NCBI RefSeq assembly: GCF_006345805.1
Contig: NC_042997.1
Location: 117,614,001 to 117,678,000 of the forward strand
Length of the DNA stretch: 64,000 nucleotides
Source: Octopus sinensis
Taxonomy: Eukaryota
Direction: 5' to 3'
The notes beneath the pieces were generated by a model, which did no database searches, was not told the DNA's origin, and was given only the letters and a program-made list of their open reading frames with translations. Each line of letters opens with the position of its first letter. The first letter of the stretch is position 1. Shown here piece by piece: positions 49,836-60,994 of this stretch. The translations under genes and the position numbers were made by a program.

Positions 49836-52800
49836 ATTATATCATGTTATATAACATCATTGTATTATATGTCATAAATTATATTATTATACAATATTGC
49901 TATATTATACACATTAATTATAATACAATATATAAATTATTATATAAATTATTATACAATATAACTATATTATATAATAATGTTATATAATGTAAAACAG
50001 ATGGTTTGTTTGCAAAACATGTTTTATATCACATAACATTATTATATACATTATTGTATTATACAGCATTATTATATTATATGTGCCACCAGCACAAGAG
50101 CCAGTCAGAGGGTACTGGCATCAGCTATGATCAGTTGGTGCTTTTTAAGTTCCACTGGCACGGGAGCCAGTCAGGCGGACCAGTCCAGGTCAGTGTATTG
50201 GTAAGAAATAAGAATTATTAGAACAGGAGACGGGATGCCTTATGATATATCGATTCCAGTTCTGTATAATCAGAATTTGAGAAGTGATATTTTTGTCAGG
50301 AGTTGCAGCCAACAGGCAGTGTCAGTAATTTGAAAAACCAATTGAAGTGTAAGTTTTCATGATTCTATTGGAAGACTGACTGCCTATTTCTTTACTACCC
50401 ACAAGGGGCTAAACACAGAGAGGACAAACAAGGACAGACAAACGGATTAAGTCGATTATATCAACCCCAGTGCATAACTGGTACTTAATTTATCGACCCC
50501 GAAAGGATGAAAGGCAAAGTCGACCTTGGCGGAATTTGAACTCAGAACGTAACGGCAGACAAAATACGGCTACACATTTCGCCTGGCGTGCTAACATTTC
50601 TGCCAGCTCGCTGCCTTCTTTGGAAGACTAACTGCTATCATCACCTCCACCAGCAAGAAGAAAGAAGAGCCAGAGGCTTGGAGATTGAGGAACTAGAGAC
50701 AAGTTCTATCTGGAACTGACAGAATTGTTGTTCCTCACCACATTGTTTTTGAAACTGCTTTCTTCCCTTTCAAACTGCAACTAGATTTGATCCTGTACTG
50801 CTATTACCTGATGAAACTGCAGGCTTCTAGAAAACATAAAAAGTTGGGGAGGGTGTTGAAATTGCTTAGCCCTAATTGAACACAATTATTGATCGAGGCG
50901 GCAAGCTGGCAGAAACGTTAGCGTGCCGGGCAAAATGCTTAGCAGTATTTCTTCTGTCGTTATGTTCTGAGTTCAAATTCCGAGGTAGACTTTGCCTTTC
51001 ATCCTTTCAGGGTCGATAAATAAAGTACCAGTTTCACACTGGGTCAATGTAATCGACTTTGTCTGTCCTTGTTTGTCCCCTCTTTGTTTAGCCCCTTTAT
51101 ATATATATTTTTTTATAATATTTTTGGTGTTTTTGTAAAATCTCAGAAAATAATTAAAAATTCACATTTTTTGTCAAATTATTTTGTTATATTTCTCATC
51201 TTATGGGTAGTAAAGAAATATATTGATCAAATAAAGACATTCCAACCATCATTATTATCCTATCTTCTTTTTTTTTTCAGGTAGGTTACCTACCATCATC
51301 ATCATTGTCGTTTAATGTCTGCCTTCCTTGCTGGCATGGGCTGGATAGTTTGACAGGAGCCAGCCAGGTACAAGGCTACACCAGGCTTTTGTGTGTGTTT
51401 TGGCATGGTTTTTACAGCAGGATGCCCTTCCTAACACCAACCATCACGCAGAGTGGACTACATTTATTAAATGTGCTTTTTTTTTTTTCTACTGGTGAAT
51501 CACTGATGATGGTGCCATGTAAAAAGCATCCAGTACACACTGTGGAGTGGTTGGCATTGGAAAGGGCATCCAGCCATAGAAACCAAGCCAAAATGGACTA
51601 TGGAACCTGGTGTGGTCCCTGGCTTTGCCAATCCTGTCAAACTGTCCAACCCATGCCAGCATGGAAAACAGATGTTAAATGATGATGATCAACTGGTTTA
51701 TCAAATTCTTATTTACTGGTGAAGGTTGTGTAGGCTTACGACTTAAATCTAAAAGATTGTTTTGATAACACAAATATCACTATGTTATATATCACAAAAA
51801 ATGTCACAAACATCTCACACTAATATCTTTAAAAAAAATTGTAGGACAGATGAAATGATGTAGTCCAAGGTACAATATGACTAAATAAAGTAGGTAGTCA
51901 TGACTGTATTTTCCTTTGATCAAAAGGCTGAAAACTGTCACAAGACTAAACAGCAGCAGCAGCAGCATCGGCAGCAGCGACGACAACAACAACAGTAAAT
52001 ACTTTTGAAAACTGGAACAGAGACTTAATCGTCGTGTCGGTTTCATAGGAGAAAAGGGACCATTGTCCCTGATCTTCGTAAGTCCCTTCCCCTTCATTCT
52101 CAGGCTGTTGTCCCCCCCCCCTCGTGCACTTCCAGTTCCAATTAACCCACATCTCTTAAGTTGACCTCTGTAGGAAGGCGAGTTCAGTGGGCTGACATTT
52201 TGAGGTGAGAGGACGAAGTGAGGAGAATGTGATTAGTATAGAAGCCTAACGTGGTGGGAGAAGGGCAGGAGCGGAAAGCCTGATGCACTGGGTGTTACAT
52301 AAGACTGGCAAGTTTTCAGGAGCAGATGGCATTGGATCACCATCATCATAATCAACATCATCATAATCATCATCATCATCATCATCACCACCACCACCTT
52401 CATCTCATCATTTAACACCCATCTTGGACTGTTTGATAGGATCCAGCAAGCGTCAGGGTTACATCAAACACCAATGTCGGCTTTGGCATGGTTTCTACAG
52501 TTGGATGTACTTCCTGATGCCAACTACTTTACAGGGTATGTTGGGTGCTTGTTTTTGTGACCAAAAATAAACATAGTTCTTCTGTGTGTCACAAGTTATA
52601 GTGTTTTGGCTGCAGATTCTGATTCTAAAAGGCTACATGTGATTGGGTATATGCTGTGGGATAAATATTCATGTGGGCCTCACCAAGGTGATGACAAGTG
52701 ACTGAGACCTTTGGAGATATGCTGTGCTTGAGAAGACCCGGCAAACCAAGTGAGACTGTAACTGTGACCGACGCCAGTGTCACATAACCAACCCATTTAA

Positions 52801-53463
52801 GAGTACCCTCCAATCATTGGGCAATAAATTGTGCTTGCGAAGACCTGTTGAGGCAAGTGAAGTCGTTGTCATGGCCGATGACAGTACCGCCTGATTGGCA
52901 CCTGTGCTGGTGGCACATATAAGGCAACATTCGATGTGGTCGATGCTAATGCTACCTGACTGGTCTCATGCCGATGACACATAAAAGTGTGATCATTGCC
53001 AGTGCCGCCTGACTGGCTCCCATGCCAGTGGCACATAAAAAGCACCCACTACATTCTCAGAGTGGTTGGTGTTGGGAAGGGCATCCAGCTGTAGAAACAT
53101 TACCAGATTGGATTGGAGCCTGGCGCAGCCTTCTGGCTTGCCAGCCCTCAGTCCAACCCATGCCAGCATGGAAGGTAGATGTTAAACGATGATGATGATA
53201 GACTGTAGGCATTAATAAAACAAATTGCTAACAAAATGCCTAAAAGCCTCATCATTTACAGACGATATATAAAAAATATTATGGCAAAAAATAATTTAGC
53301 ATATTGTGTGTGTATGAGAGAGAGAGAGATAGAGAGAAAGAGAGAGACAGAGTGAGAAAGAGAGAGAGGCAGAGAGAGCATACACATATATACATACAGT
53401 CATTGATATTAAAAAAAATTAAATGAGTTTTACCCTAACATACATGTAAACAATCATAAAAAA

Positions 53464-53887
53464 TGAGGTAGTATCAAAAAGTTTCCAGACTAGTTCTGTA
53501 GCACACCAACAGATGCCAGCACACAGTTGCATGCACAGAGAGAGCTAGCAGTGACTTTCAGGAGGCAGTGTGTTGAGTGACATCGCTGTGTTTACTTAAC
53601 AAGTTGTGAAATTTGTGTTTTGTCATGGCCAGGTGAAATTTTGCAATAAACCTGGAAAGTCTGCTACAGAGACATTGAGCATGCTTCAGCAAACTTATGG
53701 TGACAAGGCAATGGGTTGTACACACTTTTAAGTGGCACAGGCGCTTCAGAAGTGGAAAAATGTCCCTGAAAGATGATGAGCAGTCTTGAGCATCACCCAC
53801 AAAAATGTGGAGAAAATTCATCACTTTGTGCATAAGGATCGTTGGAGGACCATCAACGACATTGCTGATGTTGTTGGTCTGTCACAT
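53464..53887 (+). mobile_element. Mariner 5' remnant (TIR and transposase HTH)
   Basis: GKSATETLSMLQQTYGD..., KNVEKIHHFVHKDRWRTINDIADVVGLSHG. Truncated by a minisatellite. Confidence 0.75.
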
Positions 53888-54373
53888 GGAGCAAAAGAAT
53901 ATGTACCAACCTACTTGGAGCAAAAGAATACGTACCAACCTACAGGGGGCAAAAGAATACGTACCAACCCGCCTGGAGCAAAAAAATATGTAGCAACCTA
54001 CCTGGAGCAAAAGATTAGGTACCAACCCAACATGAGCAAAAGAATATGTACCAACCTACATGGAGCAAAAGAATATGTACCAACCTACTGGGGGCAAAAG
54101 AATACGTACCAACCCACCTGGAGCAAAAGAATATGTACCAACCCACCTGGAGCAAAAGAATATGTACCAACCCACCTGGAGCAAAAGAATATGTACCAAC
54201 CCACATGGACCAAAAGAATATGTACCAACCTACTGGGGGCAAAAAGATATGTACCAACCAACCTGGGGGCAAAAAATATGCACCAAAAGAATAAGTAGCA
54301 ACCTACTAGGGGCAAAAAAATATGCACCAACCAACCTGGAGCAAAAGAATATGTACCAACCTACCTGGAGCAA
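53888..54373. repeat. 29-bp minisatellite, about 16-17 copies (GGAGCAAAAGAATATGTACCAACCCACCT)
   Basis: Direct tandem units with no unique spacers. Confidence 0.92.
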
Positions 54374-55654
54374 AGTCTGGCTATATCAGGATTCTTGGGG
54401 AGAGAACATAACACCATAATTAATGTTCTACAAATGATCGAAGTATGTGGAAGAATAAAAATCTGCAAGACCTTCTTAGGATTTAAAGGATGATGAACAA
54501 AACAAGAAGTTGTCTAACACAGTCTTGCTGCCAAGCAGGTGACCAGTTGAAATTAACTTTAAATTAAAAAGCAAAAAAGAGAACATACATACATACATAT
54601 ATGTTCTCTTTTTTGCTTTTTAATTTAAAGTTAATATATATATACACACATATTGCACTGATGCAATACCAGGCAGTGGCGCTCATGGCTTCTGAACTTA
54701 ATTGATTGGAAGTGTCAACATGTACATTGTTTTGCTGTGGTATAAAAAGATGGCCTACAACAAATATTCTGCTCAATACCACAGATTTGCTTGTCAGTTG
54801 TTTGACCATGACTAGTTGAGCATGTCCCTTAGTAGCTGGCAATATGTGCATCTCTGACCATGAGCAGGAGTAGTGGGTGGGGGCATCATAGCTATGTGTT
54901 GAGAGAAATTCTTTGGAGTTTGAATAATTCACCTCTGGAAACATGGGTATTTCATTCATCATCTTTAGGCAACTCCTAATCAAAGACCTTTTGAGTGGAA
55001 TAGGCTACTCAACCTGAAGAAGATTCTAATTAGGCCCCACCTTCAAGGTCATGAGTTGTTTATCTTGATATGAGATCACCATGTTGCACACATATGGCCG
55101 TGATGCATGTGCCTGGTGTACCCTTATCAGACAGGTAGTCATAATTGGTATACCGGGCTTCGTATATTTGTACTCCAGTATCACTTTGATGGCATGTACT
55201 TCTCTCTCATTCATACATACATGTGCACATTCATATATACACACATGTCCAACCCATGCTAGCATGGAAAGCGAATGTTAAACGATGATGATGATAACAC
55301 AGATAAAAGGAGAAAAGGAAACTTGGTGTACAAAAATTTACTCATTTACAAGAAACTTCTTTCTCTATCATGTACGCCATTTCTGATAATTAATAAGTCA
55401 ATTACCTTTAATTGCTGATAAAAGAAAACTGCTTGCATGAGTCATAAGAAGTCTTTTTGTAGCCAGTCAGTGTGATAAAAATAGTAGCCCGACCCTACTT
55501 CTACTGTCTTAGATAAAGAAGGAAGACACATTGACAAAGTAGTCTTACCCACCACTAAAAAAAGATAGGATGGTCACACATATTATAGGAATCTCTTTGA
55601 TCATCAGTCTGCTCAATGTGCCCTGACATGGGGCTAAACAACAAAAACCAAGCT

Positions 55655-56630
55655 TCTGTTACCTAGGTGACCAAGTCAGCAGTAGGGGTGGATGCTCTGA
55701 GAGTGGAGTTGTTAGAATAAGAATAGCCTGGTCAAAGTTCAAACAGCTCCTAACTCTGCTGGTAACAAAGGGCCCCTTGCACAGAGTGAAAGGTAGACTG
55801 TATGATGCATATGTGCAAACAGCCATGCTACACAGCAGTGAAACATGGACCATGACTGTGGAGGACATGCATAGACTCGAAAGAAATGAAGCTAGCATGA
55901 TCCGCTGGATGTGTAGTGTCAGTGTGCATACATGACAGTGTGTAAGCACCCTGAGAAAAAAGTTGGACATAAGAAGCACTAGGTGTGGTGTGCAAAAGAG
56001 ACGACTGCACTGGTATGGTCATGTGTTATGTATGGATGAGGACAGCTGTGTAAAGAAGTACTGATCTTTAACCGTGGAAGGAACCTGTGGAAGAGGTAGA
56101 CCCAGGAAGACCTGGGATGAGGTGGTGAAGCACGACCTTAAAACGTTGGGCCTCACTGAGGCAATGACAGGTGACTGAGACCTTTGGATATATGCTGCTT
56201 GAGAAAGCCCAGCAAGCTAAGTGAGATTGTAGCTATGGCCTATGCCAGTGTTGCATGACTGGCCCATTTAAGAGTATCCTTCAATCATTGGGCAATATAC
56301 TGTGCTTGAAAAGACCTATTGAGTCAAGTAAAATCGTTGTCATTGCCGATGTCAGTACTGCCTGACTGGCACCTGTGCCAGACGCATGTAAAAAGCACCA
56401 TTCAAGCATGGTCGATGCCAGTGCTGCCTGACTGGCCCCCATGCTGGTGGCACATAAAAAGTACCCACTACATTCTTGGAGTGTTTGGCGTTAGGAACAG
56501 CATCCAGTTGTAGAAACCTTGCCAAATCAGATTAGAGCCTGGTGCAGCCTCATGGCTTGCCAGTCCTCAGTCAAACCGTCCAGCCCATGCCAACATGGAA
56601 AGTGGACGTTAAATGATGATGATGATGATT
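55655..56630 (+). mobile_element. RTE-type LINE 3' fragment with 3' UTR and (GAT)n tail
   Basis: YLGDQVSS.GGCSES...RIRIAW.KF...GRLYDA...GRPRKTW. Confidence 0.85.
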
Positions 56631-58499
56631 CTCCAGACTCCAATGATCCCTAAGGGGTTCCTTGAGGATCATTTTGGTGTGGCAGCCATGCAGCATATCT
56701 AGGGCATGAAAGCTTGGCAGAGCCCATACCTCTCCAGGCTAAACTCGTTTCTACAGCTGAGTGGACTGGAGCAATGTGAAATGAAGTGTTTTACTCAAAT
56801 AACACAATGGATTGCCCCAGCCAATGATTGAAACCACCATCTTACAATTGTGAATCCAACACCCTAACCACTAAGCAACATGCTTCCACTAGTGGTACTC
56901 ATTTCTACAGCTGAGTGGACTGGAGTAACATGAAGTGAAGTGTTTTGCTCAAAAACAAATCACATTGCCATGCACCTTGAAAAGCCATAGGAGACCTAAA
57001 TATTAAATGATACTAAAGTGGGTGGATTAGCCTCTTGAAATTGCTGGCCTGTTGATTTCCATGCTTAAAATAATAATACTGTTGCTACTGATGATGACAG
57101 TTTCCGACTACCAAATCTACTTGCAAGGTTTTGGTCAGCCTAGAGCTATAGTAGAAGATACTTGCCCAAAGTGCTACATAGTAGAACTGAACCCAGAACA
57201 ACATGGTTGGGAAGAAAGATTCTTACCACACAACCACTTGTAATTATACCTTCATTTATATGATTAAGGCACACAGCCAATAACTTTGAAGAGGTTTTTA
57301 GATACTATCAACCACAGTAAATGACTAGTGCTTTATTTTGTCACTCTCAGAAAGATGAACAATCAAGTTAACTTTGGCAGAATTTGAACTCAGAACACAA
57401 AGAGCTGGAAGAAATACTACAAAGTATTTTTCGATGATCAAACAATTCTAACGTAAAATAACAATAAGCACACCAGGCAAAATGCTTAGTGGTATTTCAT
57501 CTGCCACTATGTTCTGAGTTCAATTTCCACTGAGGTTGACTTTGTCTTTCACTCTTTCAGGGTCCATAGACTAAGTACCAGTGAAACACCAGAGTTGATG
57601 TAATCGACTAGTTCCCTCTCCAAAAATTTTGTCCCTATAATAAAAAGAATTATTATTATTATTATTATTATTATATGTAAATCCCCACACTGTGTTTCTC
57701 TTTCTATTGTCTCCCTCATCCGCCCTGGTGGTAAATTAATGAAATCACTATTATTATTAAGGCAATGAGCTGGCAGAATCATTCGTCCACAAGCTGAAAT
57801 GCTTAGCTATATTTAGCCTGTCACTACATTCTGAGTTCAAATTCTGCTGAGGTCGTCTTTGCCTTTCATCCTTTTGGGGTCGATAAATTAAGTACTAGTG
57901 AAACACACTGGGGTCAGTTTAATCGACTAGTCCCATCCCACCAAAATTCGAGGCCTTGCACCTCCAGTAGAAAGGATTCTTCTTCTTATTATTATTATTA
58001 TTATTATTTATAAACTATTTCAGGTGAGGGTTAAAACCAATGATATTGATACCAGAACTTAACCCAGAAGGATGAAAAGCCTAGTTGACCTAGATGGGAA
58101 TGAAAGTAAATGTATAAGGGACGTAACTAGATACTGCAAGATATTTTCGTCGGATGCTCAACGATTGTGCCACCTACTGCTTTATAATAATGTTTTACAG
58201 TTTCAGCAAACAATTCCATAACAGTCGATCCTTGGGCTTTTGGGTAAGCGAGAGCAGGTCTGCCAAACAGCGCTACGTCTTAATCATAATGCAACCGCTA
58301 ATTACCAAAGAGACGTGGATTTCAAAAGTTGTTGGTTTATTATTCGAATTGCTTTCTAAAGCTAAAATTCTATGGGTCTTTTGACGCGCTACATTGAATG
58401 TCAAATAAGATCATCGATTCTACTTGTTTATGTTCGTTCGTGTTTATTTATTATTGTAACTGTAACTGTGTTGTTTACTATCACACAGCGCGAGCAAGT

Positions 58500-58620
<121 letters not shown>

Positions 58621-59273
58621 TTGCTCGCGCTGTGTGATAGTAAACAACACACACACACTCACATATATATATTATAGTAGTATGTTTACATGTTCACTAC
58701 AGCAACTGCACTGAGATATCACCACCTCCCTTCAAAATAAGCAAAGTTACTACAATCGAGCTAAATAAACCTCCCCTATATGGTTGTTTGAGCTGTTAGA
58801 AATAGCAACGAAATGGTCCGACAATCACATTAGTGTTGTTGTTGTTGTTGTTTTTAAGAGTGTAGGTGACTAGTATATTATACATTTTACTCCAAAATAC
58901 AACAACAACAATGTATTCTAGACTGGAATGTCTTTGATCATCGATCTACTTACTGGATCAGCTTTGACCTGAGACTAAACTACGACGACATACACAAAAC
59001 CAATGGACATGTAAGGGATGTAAGCCAAGTAAAGTTGTGGCGTTATCCGAAGTGCGTTATAAATATAAAATCGTTTTCTATCTATATACGTATGTGCGTG
59101 TGAACATCGAAGCAAAAAACAGATGTTTACTTGTTTCGCTGAGACATGTTATCGACATAAAAGGCAGAAATGGATACAAAAAGAGCGGAGTTCATCACCG
59201 AAGTTATTAAAAACGTGCTCGTATACTTGTCAAACGTAACGATACAAACTCAAATTGAGTTGTCGAATATTAC

Positions 59274-59381
59274 CTTTCCCGAAGCTGTACCTCCACCAAT
59301 ACCGATCATAAAGGGTTTATTTGGTCGCGTCATAAGGCCGTATGTGTTCTGATCGTTGCCCGTTTCTGCTCTGGAAGCCAT
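59274..59381 (-). CDS. UCK: Uridine-cytidine kinase, coding exon 1 (MASRAETGNDQNTYGLMTRPNKPFMIGIGGGTASGK)
   Basis: ATG in CCACCACCATGG context. Walker A/P-loop PFMIGIGGGTASGK matches UCK PFLIGVSGGTASGK. 108 nt, phase-0 donor AAG|GTAATA. Confidence 0.93.
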
Positions 59382-59760
59382 GGTGGTGGTCGAATATATT
59401 TCTCTTTTTTTACCGCGACGTGTTCTCCGTTCGTTTCAAGGTAGATAACTCTATCTTTCTTTGTCACAAAGTGCTGTCCCCATAACTTACTTTTGGGGTT
59501 GCTTTCACCTGGGGGGGTTGATAATATTTTATTCTTATACAGATACAGGGAAATTCGATAAGTTCAGTTGCCGCGAGAAAAGTATATCCAACGAATCTGG
59601 CACTTTCACTTTGTCTGAAAGTGAAGAAGAAAGAGAAAGCGGTGTTATCGCTTTTGTTGTCGGCACATTGTGACCAAAGATCAAAAAGCCGGTTTGTTTA
59701 GTTTTCACTTTAAACAGTAATTAAGCATTATTGAAACCTTCTCCGAACTGAATCACCAGT
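59382..59760 (-). promoter_or_regulatory. Probable UCK 5' UTR / core promoter region
   Basis: Repeat-free, CpG-retaining sequence directly upstream of the ATG. TCAGTT initiator-like hexamer on the minus strand at 59746-59751. The TSS cannot be determined from sequence alone. Confidence 0.35.
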
Positions 59761-60317
59761 TACTTCAGCTTTAAAATTTTACCTTATTTGTTTATGCTTA
59801 TATTCTGTTCTTTCAAAGAGTGGGAGAGATGGTTTGCAACGGAAAACCGACCTAAGTACTTAGTGCTGTCTAAATATGATTCAAGGAGAGTAACAGTTTG
59901 TTGTCATTTTAGCAAGAAAACATGTGTGGGCATTAATCGACTCCATACGATTATTGTCGAAAACCAATTCATCAAAAAGGGACGATAAATATTTGAGTTT
60001 TAATGAAATAACAAAAGCAAACATTTAGCAATTGAAATTTAATATTAAGTTGCATTTCATCATATCAGATTAACTTTTAAGTGAAATAAGCTCGTGCTTT
60101 AGACACTAATTGAAGGAAGCTCCACAAATGTCCCCGCCACCACCCCCATAACCCAGTTCTACATTTATCAAGGCCAATAAAGTTGCTGAAAACGTTGATT
60201 TTTATTTCTTGTTGACCTAGTTATAAGTAAATAATTTGTTTACATTATTGTTATTTAGTATTAAATAAAAAAAACATTTTTTAAACATATTTACTATATT
60301 TGTGGTGGGTATAGGGT

Positions 60318-60635
60318 TGTTGTTGTTGTTGTTGTTGTTAAGCAACAAGACGGGTAAGGGTGGTCTAGGGCTTAGGGGCGGGAGTCCCCAGACCTTGGGG
60401 GGAAAAGAAAAACTTTGGTCGTCTTGTTGTAGTCGAGGGCTCTTCGTTGACGCCCGACACCACTGGGAGGTGGCCCTCGAAGTCGCTGGAAATGGAGATC
60501 TCCAGGTCCAAATTCTTGAACGGCGGTATAGGGTTGTGGGAAGTGCCGTCTTAAAGTATGGGTTTACAGGGCAATTGCCCGGGGGGCCCGCGGATCTAGG
60601 GTCCAAATGATAATCGTCCATATACCATGGATGAT
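60318..60635 (-). mobile_element. GC-rich probable retroposed fragment with an (AAC)n tail
   Basis: Sharp GC increase, simple-repeat tail on the minus strand, and a WYMDD reading at its 5' end. Confidence 0.3.
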
Positions 60636-60941
60636 GAGTACATAGAGTCTCCAGTGGATTACATTGCCCGGAGAAAGCAAAGACTTATAATGTTATTAAC
60701 CAGTTGCATGGTGTTGTTGTGATGGTAGTCGCTGCTGCTGTTGTATTACAGCACATAAAAGTTTTAAAGGTGTTGGTCTTTTACAAAAACTAAGAGCAAT
60801 TATTACGCACTTGGAGAAACATACTGCTTGGGATTTACAAGTTAACTGATATAACAATCTGCGGATGAAGCATCAAAACTGGAAAATAATTGCGCTATAT
60901 TCGTGGCGACGAAAGTTCCTGTCTGCTATCTGCCATCAGTT

Positions 60942-60944
<3 letters not shown>

Positions 60945-60994
<50 letters not shown>

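Noticed and set aside
53888-54373. Regular ~29-bp repeats resembling a CRISPR array or a repeat-protein gene
   Set aside because: Units are directly adjacent with no unique spacers and no cas genes. The open frames simply reflect a stop-poor unit.
58201-58243. Plus-strand 43-nt segment with acceptor ttttacag| and donor GG|GTAAGC (possible antisense exon)
   Set aside because: Splice-like motifs alone are common. No partner exon or ORF supports it.
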